The position numbers and the translations under genes are program-made. A stretch of DNA of 32,000 nucleotides from Gynuella sp. (GTDB lineage: Bacteria; Pseudomonadota; Gammaproteobacteria; Pseudomonadales; Natronospirillaceae): NCBI GenBank assembly GCA_028282465.1, contig JANQHX010000030.1, positions 16,191-48,190 of the forward strand, given 5' to 3'. The notes below the pieces were generated by a model. That model was not told the origin of the DNA, made no database searches, and saw only the letters and a list, made by a program, of their open reading frames with translations. Shown piece by piece: positions 8,839-17,280 of the stretch. The stretch's first letter is position 1. The number at the start of each line of letters is the position of its first letter.

Positions 8839-9312
8839 ATGCAGGGCGACACCAAAGTGATTAATGCTTTAAATAAAGTGTTAACCAATGAACTCACTTC
8901 AATCAATCAATATTTTCTACATGCAAGGATGTTCAAAAATTGGGGCTTAAATGGACTTGATAAAAAGTCTTACAAGAAATCAATTAAGGACATGAAACAA
9001 TCTGATGAACTCATAGAGCGAATTTTATTTCTTGAAGGTTTGCCTAATTTACAAGCATTAGGCCAGTTAAGAATTGGTGAACATACCGTTGAAATGCTTG
9101 AGTGCGATATGGAGTTTCAGGTTGAGCAAGTTAAACTCCTTAAAGAAACTATTGAGCTTTGCGAATCTTCCTCTGATTACATTTCAAGAGAGTTATTAGA
9201 AGAAATTTTAGAATACGAAGAAGAGCATATTGATTGGATTGAAACTCAGCAATATCTGATCAGTAATACTGGATTAGAGAATTACTTACAATCTCAAATT
9301 GGCGAAGAGTAG
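8839..9312 (+). CDS. bfr: bacterioferritin subunit, heme-ligand type (Met52 kept, ferroxidase ligands degenerate)
   Basis: Gapless alignment with recalled E. coli Bfr through residue 133 (MQGDTKVINALNKVLTNELTSINQYFLHARMFKNWGL..). By hand numbering E18, M52, E127 and H130 are present, but position 51 is D, 54 is Q and 94 is Q. GGAAGGA RBS. Confidence 0.9.
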   Translation: MQGDTKVINALNKVLTNELTSINQYFLHARMFKNWGLNGLDKKSYKKSIKDMKQSDELIERILFLEGLPNLQALGQLRIGEHTVEMLECDMEFQVEQVKLLKETIELCESSSDYISRELLEEILEYEEEHIDWIETQQYLISNTGLENYLQSQIGEE

Positions 9313-9322
9313 GAGCTAAATT

Positions 9323-9790
9323 ATGCAAGGCAAACAGAACGTTATTGACGCATTGAACAGAATATTAGCTCTTGAACTGGCTGCAATGGATCAGTATTTC
9401 ATACACTCAGAAATGTATGCCGATTGGGGACTGACGAAATTATACGATCGTATTTCCCATGAGTTTGAAGATGAGAAAGGTCATGCCAAAGCACTCATCG
9501 AAAGGATGCTGTTTTTAGAAGGCACTCCAGACATGGTGACTCGTGATCCGATACACATCGGTAAAGACGTGCCTGAAATGCTCCAGTCAGACTTAAACGT
9601 TGAGTACGCCGTTCAAAAAGAACTGTTAACGGCCATTAAGCTGTGTGAAGACGAGCAGGATTATGTCAGTCGGGAAGTTCTGGAAAAACTACTCGAAGAT
9701 ACGGAAGTTGATCACGCCTGGTGGTTAGAAAAGCAGCTTGGTCTGATACAAAAGGTCGGTTTGCAAAACTACATTCAATCTCAGATGTAG
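9323..9790 (+). CDS. bfr: bacterioferritin subunit, ferroxidase type (all di-iron ligands kept, Met52 replaced by Lys)
   Basis: Bfr fold motifs are present. E18, E51, H54, E94 and a C-terminal ExxH are kept, and position 52 is K. AGGAG RBS, 10 nt after the previous stop. Confidence 0.9.
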   Translation: MQGKQNVIDALNRILALELAAMDQYFIHSEMYADWGLTKLYDRISHEFEDEKGHAKALIERMLFLEGTPDMVTRDPIHIGKDVPEMLQSDLNVEYAVQKELLTAIKLCEDEQDYVSREVLEKLLEDTEVDHAWWLEKQLGLIQKVGLQNYIQSQM

Positions 9791-9934
9791 TTTATTCCAG
9801 TTCATCAATAACGGCTTCCACTGGAAGTCGTTAACCTTGCCTTAGCCGTTCTTCCCCCATTTTGATTCCTAATCCTCATTTTATATATCCCTATATTTTA
9901 AAAGCTTTCTTGCTTATTCCATTTTTGTTGTAAA

Positions 9935-9998
9935 TAAGAGTAATTATCATTTGAGAATATCAGAGATTTCTGTACTATTGCGTTGAGAATTAATCTCA
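9935..9998. promoter_or_regulatory. cluster of Fur-box-like sites upstream of bfd
   Basis: TAAGAGT-A-ATTATCA (9935-9949), a TGAGAAT half-site (9952-9958) and TGAGAAT-T-AATCTCA (9984-9998). Each full site matches TGATAAT-N-ATTATCA at about 11 of 14 positions. bfd is Fur-repressed in E. coli and Pseudomonas. Confidence 0.55.
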
Positions 9999-10105
9999 TT
10001 TGCGAATAATTCCGAGTAACGCGATCAAGTATTCGGAAATTAGGTATTCGAGAGATCAAGCAATCAAGTGGTCAAGAAACTAAATAGTTAAGATAGGTAG
10101 TAGAA

Positions 10106-10306
10106 ATGTACGTTTGTCTTTGTAGAGGTATAACTGATAGCCAGATAAAGCAGGCTGTTGCTGAGGGGGCGGAGAATACTCGTGAGGTAAGTGATATGTT
10201 GGGTACCGCAAAGCAGTGTGGCAAATGCGGGATGGTGACTCGCCAAATCATCCAAAAAGAACTCAACACAAAATCATCACTGTCAGATCAGTTTTACTCA
10301 GCCTAG
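10106..10306 (+). CDS. bfd: bacterioferritin-associated ferredoxin ([2Fe-2S] BFD-like)
   Basis: 66 aa, with MYVCLCRGITDSQI...AKQCGKCG giving the CxC...CxxC ligand pattern of Bfd. It is adjacent to bfr. Confidence 0.88.
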   Translation: MYVCLCRGITDSQIKQAVAEGAENTREVSDMLGTAKQCGKCGMVTRQIIQKELNTKSSLSDQFYSA

Positions 10307-10349
10307 TTGGCATCTTACCCATCACTAAAAAGTACCCTCTAGTGAGTGA

Positions 10350-10377
10350 CAAGCTGTGAAAAATAAGCAGCTTGTTT
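10350..10377 (+). terminator. probable rho-independent terminator after bfd
   Basis: CAAGCTG (10350-10356) pairs with CAGCTTG (10368-10374): a 7-bp stem with an 11-nt loop, followed by TTTG and a further T-rich stretch. Confidence 0.5.
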
Positions 10378-10555
10378 GACTCTAAATTTTTTAATTCCAA
10401 GTGTTTCCCAAATCCTCTCGTTTTGCTTTTCTAATCTCATTAAATAAAAACTTTTCGGGACAAGAAATCATTAAAAAACTTCAAAGACAACCAAGTGTTA
10501 ACTCCTGGTTTTTCATTTCGCTGTAAAGCGGCAACAAATTTCCCCAGGCTAAAGC

Positions 10556-10571
10556 TGGCCTTCAATTTGCT
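10556..10571 (+). promoter_or_regulatory. sigma54 (-24/-12) promoter of the fliE operon
   Basis: TGGCCTTCAATTTGCT versus TGGCAC-N5-TTGCW. GG and GC have the correct spacing and the TTGCT -12 element is intact. It lies 88 nt upstream of the fliE ATG. Confidence 0.7.
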
Positions 10572-10606
10572 CAAGTCAAAATATCTAAAGAATTAACGGC
10601 GCATTA

Positions 10607-10620
10607 GACAATTTTTTGTC
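10607..10620. promoter_or_regulatory. perfect 14-bp palindrome in the fliE leader (possible enhancer-binding-protein site)
   Basis: GACAA-TTTT-TTGTC, about 25-40 nt downstream of the predicted start. It is followed by the direct repeats TTTTGTCGCAAC / TTTTGTGTCAAC. Confidence 0.3.
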
Positions 10621-10658
10621 GCAACGAAATTTTGTGTCAACCGATTGGAGCAGTATTG

Positions 10659-11057
10659 ATGGATACAGGCAGAGTCGATATTAATCATGTTCTCATGCAA
10701 ATGAGAGCCATTAAAGAGCAGATGAATACTGCGAATTCGCAAGCGGTAAACCCTAATTCCAATGTTGAACAAATTCAAAAACCGGAAAACATAGGTAACC
10801 TTGATAAAGTTTCTGCGGTTGATGAAAACGAACCACCTGGGTTTGGTGAAATGTTTAAAGCGGCAATTGATACGGTAAACGCAAACCAAAAACATGCCGG
10901 CAATTTGGCACAGCGTTATGAAACTGGCGACGCCAGTGTTGATTTACCAGAAGTTATGATTGCGTTGCAGAAATCCAGTGTTTCTTTTCAGGCCATGACT
11001 CAAGTGAGAAATAAAATGGTCGAAGCTTACAAAGAAATAATGAATATGCCGCTGTAG
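10659..11057 (+). CDS. fliE: flagellar hook-basal body protein FliE
   Basis: The C-terminus ..FGEMFKAAIDTVNANQKHAGNLAQRYETGD..VDLPEVMIALQKSSVSFQAMTQVRNKMVEAYKEIMNMPL is typical FliE. The start is set to the ATG at 10659, which follows GGAG; the tracked start at 10632 is a TTG. Confidence 0.9.
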   Translation: MDTGRVDINHVLMQMRAIKEQMNTANSQAVNPNSNVEQIQKPENIGNLDKVSAVDENEPPGFGEMFKAAIDTVNANQKHAGNLAQRYETGDASVDLPEVMIALQKSSVSFQAMTQVRNKMVEAYKEIMNMPL

Positions 11058-11068
11058 GGAATTTCTAA

Positions 11069-12841
11069 ATGACAACTAATGTTCCAGCGGCTCCAAGTGG
11101 TTCTCAGCCACCCTCTAATAATCAGTCTCAATCAGAGTCTTTACCCGCTGAAGAAAACAGAATTAATGAAGACGGTTCTTCAGTTTTAGGGCCACGAGTT
11201 GAAGAGGGTCGGGAAGCCGAAAAGAAACTGCATCCTTTAGTTGCTGGGTTTTCAAAACTACCCATGGTTCGGCAAATAGGGTTAATGATTGGATTGGCCG
11301 CATCTATCGCATTGGGTTTGGCGGTTGTGCTCTGGTCAACGGAAGAAACCTACCGCCCATTGATGAACAGTAACAATACTTATGATGCCCGCGAAGTGAT
11401 TGATGTATTGCAGCTGCAAGGCATTACTTTCGATATTGATCCTGTCAGCGGACTAATTCTGGTAAAAGAAAGTGATCTACACAAAGCGCGCTTAGCCATT
11501 GCTGGAGCCGGTCTTTCAGACGACAAAACGATTGGTTTTGAATTGCTGGATCAAGACCAGGGTTTGGGCACTAGTCAGTTTATGGAAACCACAAGATACC
11601 GTCGAGGTTTGGAAGGTGAATTAGCCAGAACCATTGCCAGCATGAATCAAGTTAAGTCAGCCCGTGTGCATCTGGCTATACCACGACAAAGCGTATTTGT
11701 TAGAGACAACAGAGAAGCAACGGCTTCAGTTTTCTTAGAAATGTATTCCGGCACTACTTTAGAAAAAGAACAAGCCAAAGCCATTACCAATTTAGTGGCT
11801 ACCAGTGTTCCTGATCTAAATGCAGAAATGGTTACCATCGTTGATCAAAAAGGTAGGTTGCTTAGTAATTTTGATGAAGACCCAGAAGCCACTCAAACGG
11901 AAAAACAATTCGAATACACACAAAAAGTCGAAGACTCAGTTATTCGCAGAATCAACTCAATACTGGAACCTGTCATTGGTCAGGATGCCTTTAGAGCTGA
12001 AGTTGCAGCCGATGTCGATTTTACCCGCTTAGAGCAAACCGAAGAGTTATTTAATCCTGATCTCATTGCACTGCGAAGTGAGCAAACTATTTCTGAAGAA
12101 AAAACCGGTGAGTTTCAAGGTGGTATTCCAGGAGCTCTCACTAATCAACCTCCAGGGAATGCCGCAGCACCTGAAGAAGTAGACGAAAACGGAAACCCCG
12201 TTGATGCAAAACCCACCTCAAAAAGAGACGAAGCCACTCGCAACTATGAAGTAGATCGTACATTAAGTTACACACAGCACCAGCAAGGTCGTTTACGTAG
12301 GCTGACCGTTGCCGTAGTTGTAGATGACATGAAAACTGTTACTGAGAATGGTGAAGTAACCAAAGAGCCTTGGTCGCAAGAAGAGTTAGATCGTATTCGA
12401 ATTCTTGTACAAGACGCCGTGGGTTACGACGCTAGTCGTGGCGACAGTGTGAATGTAATTAACTCACCATTTATGGCACCAGATGCTAACTTAGAAGAAA
12501 TCACTTTCTGGAATCAACCTTGGTTCTGGGACGTGATGAAACAAGTATTAGCAGGTTTATTTGTATTAATACTTATCTTTGGAGTGTTCCGCCCAGCTAT
12601 TAAGAATTTGATTTCTCAAGGCGAAGAAGATCAGGAAGATGAGGAAGGTATTGATTCATTGACCATTGATGAAGAAGCGATTTCAGATGACAAGGTAACA
12701 CTTAGTGGCGCCGACGAGTATCTATTGCCTGGGCCGTCAGAAGGGTTTGAACGTCAACTGGATGCACTGCGCGGGTTAATTGCTGAAGACCCTGGCAAAG
12801 TAGCAATGGTATTACGCAACTGGATTATGGCAGATGACTGA
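11069..12841 (+). CDS. fliF: flagellar MS-ring protein FliF
   Basis: 590 aa with two TM segments flanking a large periplasmic region and typical FliF motifs (..RYRRGLEGELARTI..VKSARVHLAIP..). AGGGAA RBS. Confidence 0.93.
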   Translation: MTTNVPAAPSGSQPPSNNQSQSESLPAEENRINEDGSSVLGPRVEEGREAEKKLHPLVAGFSKLPMVRQIGLMIGLAASIALGLAVVLWSTEETYRPLMNSNNTYDAREVIDVLQLQGITFDIDPVSGLILVKESDLHKARLAIAGAGLSDDKTIGFELLDQDQGLGTSQFMETTRYRRGLEGELARTIASMNQVKSARVHLAIPRQSVFVRDNREATASVFLEMYSGTTLEKEQAKAITNLVATSVPDLNAEMVTIVDQKGRLLSNFDEDPEATQTEKQFEYTQKVEDSVIRRINSILEPVIGQDAFRAEVAADVDFTRLEQTEELFNPDLIALRSEQTISEEKTGEFQGGIPGALTNQPPGNAAAPEEVDENGNPVDAKPTSKRDEATRNYEVDRTLSYTQHQQGRLRRLTVAVVVDDMKTVTENGEVTKEPWSQEELDRIRILVQDAVGYDASRGDSVNVINSPFMAPDANLEEITFWNQPWFWDVMKQVLAGLFVLILIFGVFRPAIKNLISQGEEDQEDEEGIDSLTIDEEAISDDKVTLSGADEYLLPGPSEGFERQLDALRGLIAEDPGKVAMVLRNWIMADD

Positions 12842-13895
12842 ACAACTACCGTTAAAAACCGCTGAAGCAATTCAAGCTACTCAAGATGCTGAAAAAGTTC
12901 TTGATGGCGTTCGAAAATTAGATCGAGCAGGCATTTTATTAATGTCCGTCGGTGAGTCCGACGCAGCAGAAGTGTTGAAACATTTAGGGCCGAAAGAGGT
13001 TCAACGGGTAGGTACTGCCATGTCAGTGCTTCATGAAGTATCTCAGGAACAAGTTGAAGGCGTGGTCCAATTATTTCTAGATGAGCTGGGTGGCAAAACC
13101 AGTTTGGGAATTGGTGCCGACGAATACATTCGCAACATGTTGACCCAGGCCTTGGGTGCTGACAAAGCTGGAGGTTTGATTGACCGAATTCTATTGGGCG
13201 GCAATACCACGGGATTGGATACGCTTAAATGGATGGAACCCAGAGCCGTTGCCGACTTAATTCGTAACGAACACCCACAGATTCAAGCCATTGTCATTGC
13301 TTATCTTGATCCTGATTTGTCTTCAGAAATCTTGACCTATTTTGCAGAAAAAGTTCGATTAGACATCGTTATGCGGGTTGCTGCGCTAGACTCAGTACAG
13401 CCTTCGGCATTGCATGAGTTGAACAATATTTTGGAAAAACAATTTGCATCCAATGCGGGTTCACAACAACAGTCATTGGGTGGTGTGAAACGAGCAGCAG
13501 AAATAATGAACTTCCTCGAGTCCAGTGTTGAAGCTGAAATTATGGATGGCATTAAAGAAGTCGACGAAGATCTAGGCAATGAAATTGCCGATCTAATGTT
13601 TGTTTTCGACAATCTTCAAGATGTCGACGACCGAGGCATTCAAGCCCTGCTTAGAGAAGTATCGACCGACATGCTTAAGGTAGCACTTCGTGGTGCTGAT
13701 GATGGGTTGGCAGAAAAAATTCTTGGCAATATGTCGAAACGTGCTGCGGAATTGTTGCGAGACGATATGGAAGCTATGGGACCTGTACGTTTGTCTGATG
13801 TTGAAAGTGCACAGAAAGAAATTCTCACTGTGGCCAGACGAATGGCTGATGCAGGTGAAATTGCTCTGGGCGGTTCCGGCGAAGCCATGCTCTAG
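12834..13895 (+). CDS. fliG: flagellar motor switch protein FliG
   Basis: 353 aa with ..EHPQIQAIVIAYLDPD.. and ..MFVFDNL.., both typical of FliG. The start overlaps the fliF stop (ATGACTGA). Confidence 0.93.
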   Translation: MTEQLPLKTAEAIQATQDAEKVLDGVRKLDRAGILLMSVGESDAAEVLKHLGPKEVQRVGTAMSVLHEVSQEQVEGVVQLFLDELGGKTSLGIGADEYIRNMLTQALGADKAGGLIDRILLGGNTTGLDTLKWMEPRAVADLIRNEHPQIQAIVIAYLDPDLSSEILTYFAEKVRLDIVMRVAALDSVQPSALHELNNILEKQFASNAGSQQQSLGGVKRAAEIMNFLESSVEAEIMDGIKEVDEDLGNEIADLMFVFDNLQDVDDRGIQALLREVSTDMLKVALRGADDGLAEKILGNMSKRAAELLRDDMEAMGPVRLSDVESAQKEILTVARRMADAGEIALGGSGEAML

Positions 13896-13953
13896 ACATG
13901 ATAATTCGGTTTGTATTTTAAACTTGAAAAAGCAGTCAATGGTTTAGTAATTA

Positions 13954-15174
13954 ATGCGCGAAACTCTGTTAAAAAATCAGCGGGCAAGGGGCTCGGATCT
14001 CCATCACCAAATTGAGCGATGGTCTTATCCAAAATGGGATAGATCTGGTCATGTCATTGAACAAGAACCTGAGCCAGAAGAACAAAAACTTGATACTCAA
14101 GAACAAGAAGAAACACCGAAAATAGAGTTACCTACAGCTGCGGAGCTGCAGCAAATTAGAGATGATGCTTATCAGGAAGGTTATGCATCTGGCGTTGCAA
14201 GAGGGCAAGAAGAAGGTCGACAACAGGGCATTCCTTTGGGAAAAAAGGAAGGTCATGAACTGGGCCAACAAGAGGGTTACGAGGCGGGTAAAAAGCTTGG
14301 TCATGATGAAGCCTATAAAGACGCAGAAAAAGAACTCAGCCTTCAGCAACAAGTGCTGACCCAAACACTTACCCAATTAAAAACTTTCAGCCAGTCACAG
14401 GAACAACACATGGAGCAGGCCATGGTTTCCATGGTCATCCAAATATGTCAGAACCTGTTGTTGAAAGAATTAGATAAAGACCCTGAATTGATTCAGTCAA
14501 TTGTTAAAAAAGTAATTCAATCACTACCTGAAAACCCCAAGAACATTCAAATAAGAGTACACCCAGATCAAGTTGAAGCCGTTCAGAAAGCTGCTCAGCA
14601 GAGTGATGAATCTTGGGTGGTATCTGCCGATGAAAATCTGTTGCCAGGTGGCTGTGCGGTGACCACATCTCAAAGTCAAGTTGACTACACTCTGGAGCAT
14701 AGGTTTCGTCAACAGATTTCAGCACTATTGGCCGAAACAGATCTGAGTGAAGAGGTCATAAACCATTTAATTGAACCTTTACCCGAACAACCTGAAGGGC
14801 CGGTAATGCCCGGTGAAGATTCCGAGCAGTTGGAATCAGTTCAGGCAGATATTTCTTCAGAGCTCGATGAGATAAACCAATTAATGGAAAACTCTGCAGA
14901 ACCATCAGGATTCAAAAGTGATGATCAACCCGCAATTGCAGATGATATTGACGAAGACGAACCTCAAGACAGTCTAGAAGAATTGCAAGCGTTAGATTCC
15001 GAATTAGATCGCTATGCGCAACGTGAAGAAACCATTGACCCTGAGTTGGAAAAACTCATGGCTCAAATACCAGGGGAACAAGATCCTCTAGAGCCAACTG
15101 ATGAGTTAGAAAATCAAACTCCAATGGAAAATGAGGCTGAACCTACATCTACGGAATCAGATTCTGATGAGTGA
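13954..15174 (+). CDS. fliH: flagellar export protein FliH with a ~145-aa acidic C-terminal extension
   Basis: N-terminal A/GxxxG repeat region ([44 protein letters not shown]) and FliH core (..[30 protein letters not shown]..). Residues ~261-406 are an extra D/E-rich tail. Confidence 0.85.
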   Translation: MRETLLKNQRARGSDLHHQIERWSYPKWDRSGHVIEQEPEPEEQKLDTQEQEETPKIELPTAAELQQIRDDAYQEGYASGVARGQEEGRQQGIPLGKKEGHELGQQEGYEAGKKLGHDEAYKDAEKELSLQQQVLTQTLTQLKTFSQSQEQHMEQAMVSMVIQICQNLLLKELDKDPELIQSIVKKVIQSLPENPKNIQIRVHPDQVEAVQKAAQQSDESWVVSADENLLPGGCAVTTSQSQVDYTLEHRFRQQISALLAETDLSEEVINHLIEPLPEQPEGPVMPGEDSEQLESVQADISSELDEINQLMENSAEPSGFKSDDQPAIADDIDEDEPQDSLEELQALDSELDRYAQREETIDPELEKLMAQIPGEQDPLEPTDELENQTPMENEAEPTSTESDSDE

Positions 15175-16747
15175 AACAATGGCTAACCCAGAAGTGGAAC
15201 AGTTAGCTGATCAAGGGGAGCCATCGAACCATGAATCAGAAAACAGGTTGAGCCTTCCTAATGAAGAAGAACTCACGGCAAGATTTCAAAAACTCAGCCA
15301 ATTAATTCCCCCAGATAATCCAGTTATTGTATCCGGTCGTCTGACCCGCATGGTTGGCCTCACGCTCGAAGCCACAGGCTGCAACGTTTCGGTAGGTGAG
15401 CGCTGTCTGGTAGAAGATGGCAATGAAACCGCTGAAGCCGAAGTTGTGGGTTTTCAGGATGATCGAATTTTTTTATTGCCAGTTACTCCTATTCATGGGC
15501 TCAAAGCGGGCGCTAGAGTGACACCAGTGGAAAATGCCAGCCAGTTGGTGATTGGGGAAGAATTACTGGGCCGGGTAGTGAATGGCTTTGGTGAGCCTAT
15601 CGACGGTAAAGGTGCTCTACACTGTCGGGTGCAAAAATCTTTAAGTGCCGACATTATTAATCCATTGCATCGAAAACCCATACGTGAACCACTGGATGTA
15701 GGCATTCGTGCAATTAATGCTTTGTTAACTGTCGGTCGAGGCCAACGCTTAGGTTTGTTTGCTGGATCTGGTGTTGGTAAATCTATGCTGTTAGGCATGA
15801 TGACCAGATTCACCACTGCAGATGTTATTGTCGTAGGGTTAATTGGTGAACGTGGCCGAGAAGTTAAAGAGTTTATCGAAGATATTTTAGGTGAGGAAGG
15901 GCTTCGCCGTTCTGTGGTCGTGGCGGCGCCTGCAGACGACTCTCAATTAATTCGTTTGCGAGCAGCCCAATACAGCACTGCTATTGCTGAATATTTCAGA
16001 GAGCAAGGCAAGAATGTTTTATTACTAATGGACTCATTGACACGCTTTGCTCAAGCTCAACGGGAAATTGCATTAGCCACTGGTGAGCCTCCAGCCACCA
16101 AAGGTTATCCACCTAGTGTATTTGCAAAAATTCCTCAGTTAGTTGAACGAGCCGGTAATGCCGCCGAAGGGGGGGGTTCTATTACGGCTTTTTATACAGT
16201 TTTAACCGAAGGCGATGACCAACAAGATCCGGTGGCAGATGCTTGTCGAGCCATTCTTGATGGGCACGTGGTGTTGTCTCGTCGACTGGCAGAAGAAGGT
16301 CATTATCCCGCTATTGATATTGAAGCTTCCATTAGTCGGGCCATGCCCCAAGTCGTGCAACCAGAGCATTTGCAAGTCGCCCAACAATTTAAACTCCTTT
16401 ATTCAAAATATCAGCAAAACAAAGATTTAATTACTATTGGTGCTTATACACCGGGCTCAGATCCAGAGCTTGATTTGGCCATAGATAGACTACCTCAAAT
16501 GCAAAAAATGCTAAGGCAAGGTCTGAAAGAAGAAGTGCATTTTGACCATGCCATGCAAGCGCTTGCAAAGGTTTTTGTGCCAGATGGGCAAGCTCCAGCC
16601 AAAACCCCAGCGGATGCTGAACCAAATCCTCAAACCAAAGAAATGCCTCAGGGCATTAAACCCGGTGCCAGACCAAAGCCTAAAGCCAGACCGAAACCCA
16701 AGGGGCGACCTCGGGTAGCAGCAAAGCAAAATACTAATAATGGTTAA
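15167..16747 (+). CDS. fliI: flagellum-specific ATPase FliI with an extended N-terminus and a ~55-aa Lys/Arg/Pro-rich C-terminal tail
   Basis: Walker A GSGVGKS, Walker [10 protein letters not shown], and FliI-type flanking sequence. The start is uncertain: the ATG at 15167 overlaps the fliH stop as ATGAGTGA, 15179 is also possible, and the tracked 15131 is unlikely. Confidence 0.9.
   Translation: MSETMANPEVEQLADQGEPSNHESENRLSLPNEEELTARFQKLSQLIPPDNPVIVSGRLTRMVGLTLEATGCNVSVGERCLVEDGNETAEAEVVGFQDDRIFLLPVTPIHGLKAGARVTPVENASQLVIGEELLGRVVNGFGEPIDGKGALHCRVQKSLSADIINPLHRKPIREPLDVGIRAINALLTVGRGQRLGLFAGSGVGKSMLLGMMTRFTTADVIVVGLIGERGREVKEFIEDILGEEGLRRSVVVAAPADDSQLIRLRAAQYSTAIAEYFREQGKNVLLLMDSLTRFAQAQREIALATGEPPATKGYPPSVFAKIPQLVERAGNAAEGGGSITAFYTVLTEGDDQQDPVADACRAILDGHVVLSRRLAEEGHYPAIDIEASISRAMPQVVQPEHLQVAQQFKLLYSKYQQNKDLITIGAYTPGSDPELDLAIDRLPQMQKMLRQGLKEEVHFDHAMQALAKVFVPDGQAPAKTPADAEPNPQTKEMPQGIKPGARPKPKARPKPKGRPRVAAKQNTNNG
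16667..16702 (+). repeat. tandem 18-nt coding repeat inside the fliI tail
   Basis: GCCAGACCAAAGCCTAAA / GCCAGACCGAAACCCAAG (14 of 18 identical) encodes [12 protein letters not shown]. Confidence 0.6.
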
Positions 16748-16750
16748 TCC

Positions 16751-17194
16751 ATGAAACGATCAGATCGAATGGCGCTGGTGGAAAAACTAATTGCTAGTCA
16801 AGAAGATAAAGCTGCCAGAGCCATGGGCATGGCTAAACAAAATTTATTGAATGAAGAAAAAAAACTAGCCGATTTAAAGTCCCATAAAAAAGACTACGAA
16901 GCGAATTTGCTGCGTCAGGGTCAATCAGGTATCTCAGGTCAACAATGGCAAAGTTTTCAATTTTTTATCAATCAATTAAGCCAAGTTATACAACAACAGC
17001 ATCAACAGGTAGGTGTAGCACATCACCAATTTGAAAACGTCAAGAAACAATGGCAAGCCGTTCATGCTAAGCGACAAAGTATTGGCAATTTGGTTGAAAG
17101 TGTCCGATTTCAAGAACACCTCGAACAAGAAAAGAAAGAGCAAAAAATGTTGGATGACTTAGTTCAACAGATGCAGTTGAGATCGAAATCTTAA
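16751..17194 (+). CDS. fliJ: flagellar export chaperone FliJ
   Basis: 147-aa coiled-coil, Q-rich protein immediately after fliI. Its size, position and N-terminus (..ALVEKLIASQEDKAARAMG..) fit FliJ. Confidence 0.8.
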   Translation: MKRSDRMALVEKLIASQEDKAARAMGMAKQNLLNEEKKLADLKSHKKDYEANLLRQGQSGISGQQWQSFQFFINQLSQVIQQQHQQVGVAHHQFENVKKQWQAVHAKRQSIGNLVESVRFQEHLEQEKKEQKMLDDLVQQMQLRSKS

Positions 17195-17280
17195 AGTCCT
17201 CCTTTAATTACCTATTCCTATTCTGGCAAGAGTGCCATCTCAGTCTACTATTAAAAATTATTACCATTAGGAAAGGCGTT

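Noticed and set aside
7985-9810. Shared motif TCCAGTTCA(A)TCAA at ~7997 (before ORF 8023) and ~9796 (after bfr2)
   Set aside because: It is only a 9-mer core. A match of that length is expected by chance among the AT-rich intergenic regions compared.
9811-9826. Small hairpin CTTCC-ACT-GGAAG after the second bfr gene as a terminator
   Set aside because: The stem is only 5 bp, the loop is 3 nt, and there is no U-tract.
10593-10895. 100-aa minus-strand ORF overlapping the fliE leader and fliE
   Set aside because: It is antisense to a clearly conserved fliE reading frame, and its Phe/Arg/Asn-rich product has no recognisable features.
16667-16702. The tandem 18-nt repeat as a possible regulatory or CRISPR-like repeat
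   Set aside because: There are only two units, they lie in frame inside the fliI tail encoding ARPKPK twice, and there are no spacers. It is a coding micro-duplication.
13337-16729. Several 60-107-aa antisense or out-of-frame ORFs inside fliG, fliH and fliI (for example 13337-13612, 13640-13888, 14128-14376, 15493-15816 and 16511-16729)
   Set aside because: All are nested within strongly supported flagellar genes and have biased composition. The same applies to the nested ORFs in the deo, cheA, MCP and cheB regions listed in the track.
17195-17280. A dedicated sigma54 or sigma28 promoter for the che block in the fliJ-STAS gap
   Set aside because: TGGCAAGAGTGCCA has the wrong GG-GC spacing for sigma54. 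TAAAGTCC-N11-CCTATTCC matches the sigma28 -10 element poorly (about 3 of 8). No promoter is called, and read-through from fliE remains possible.
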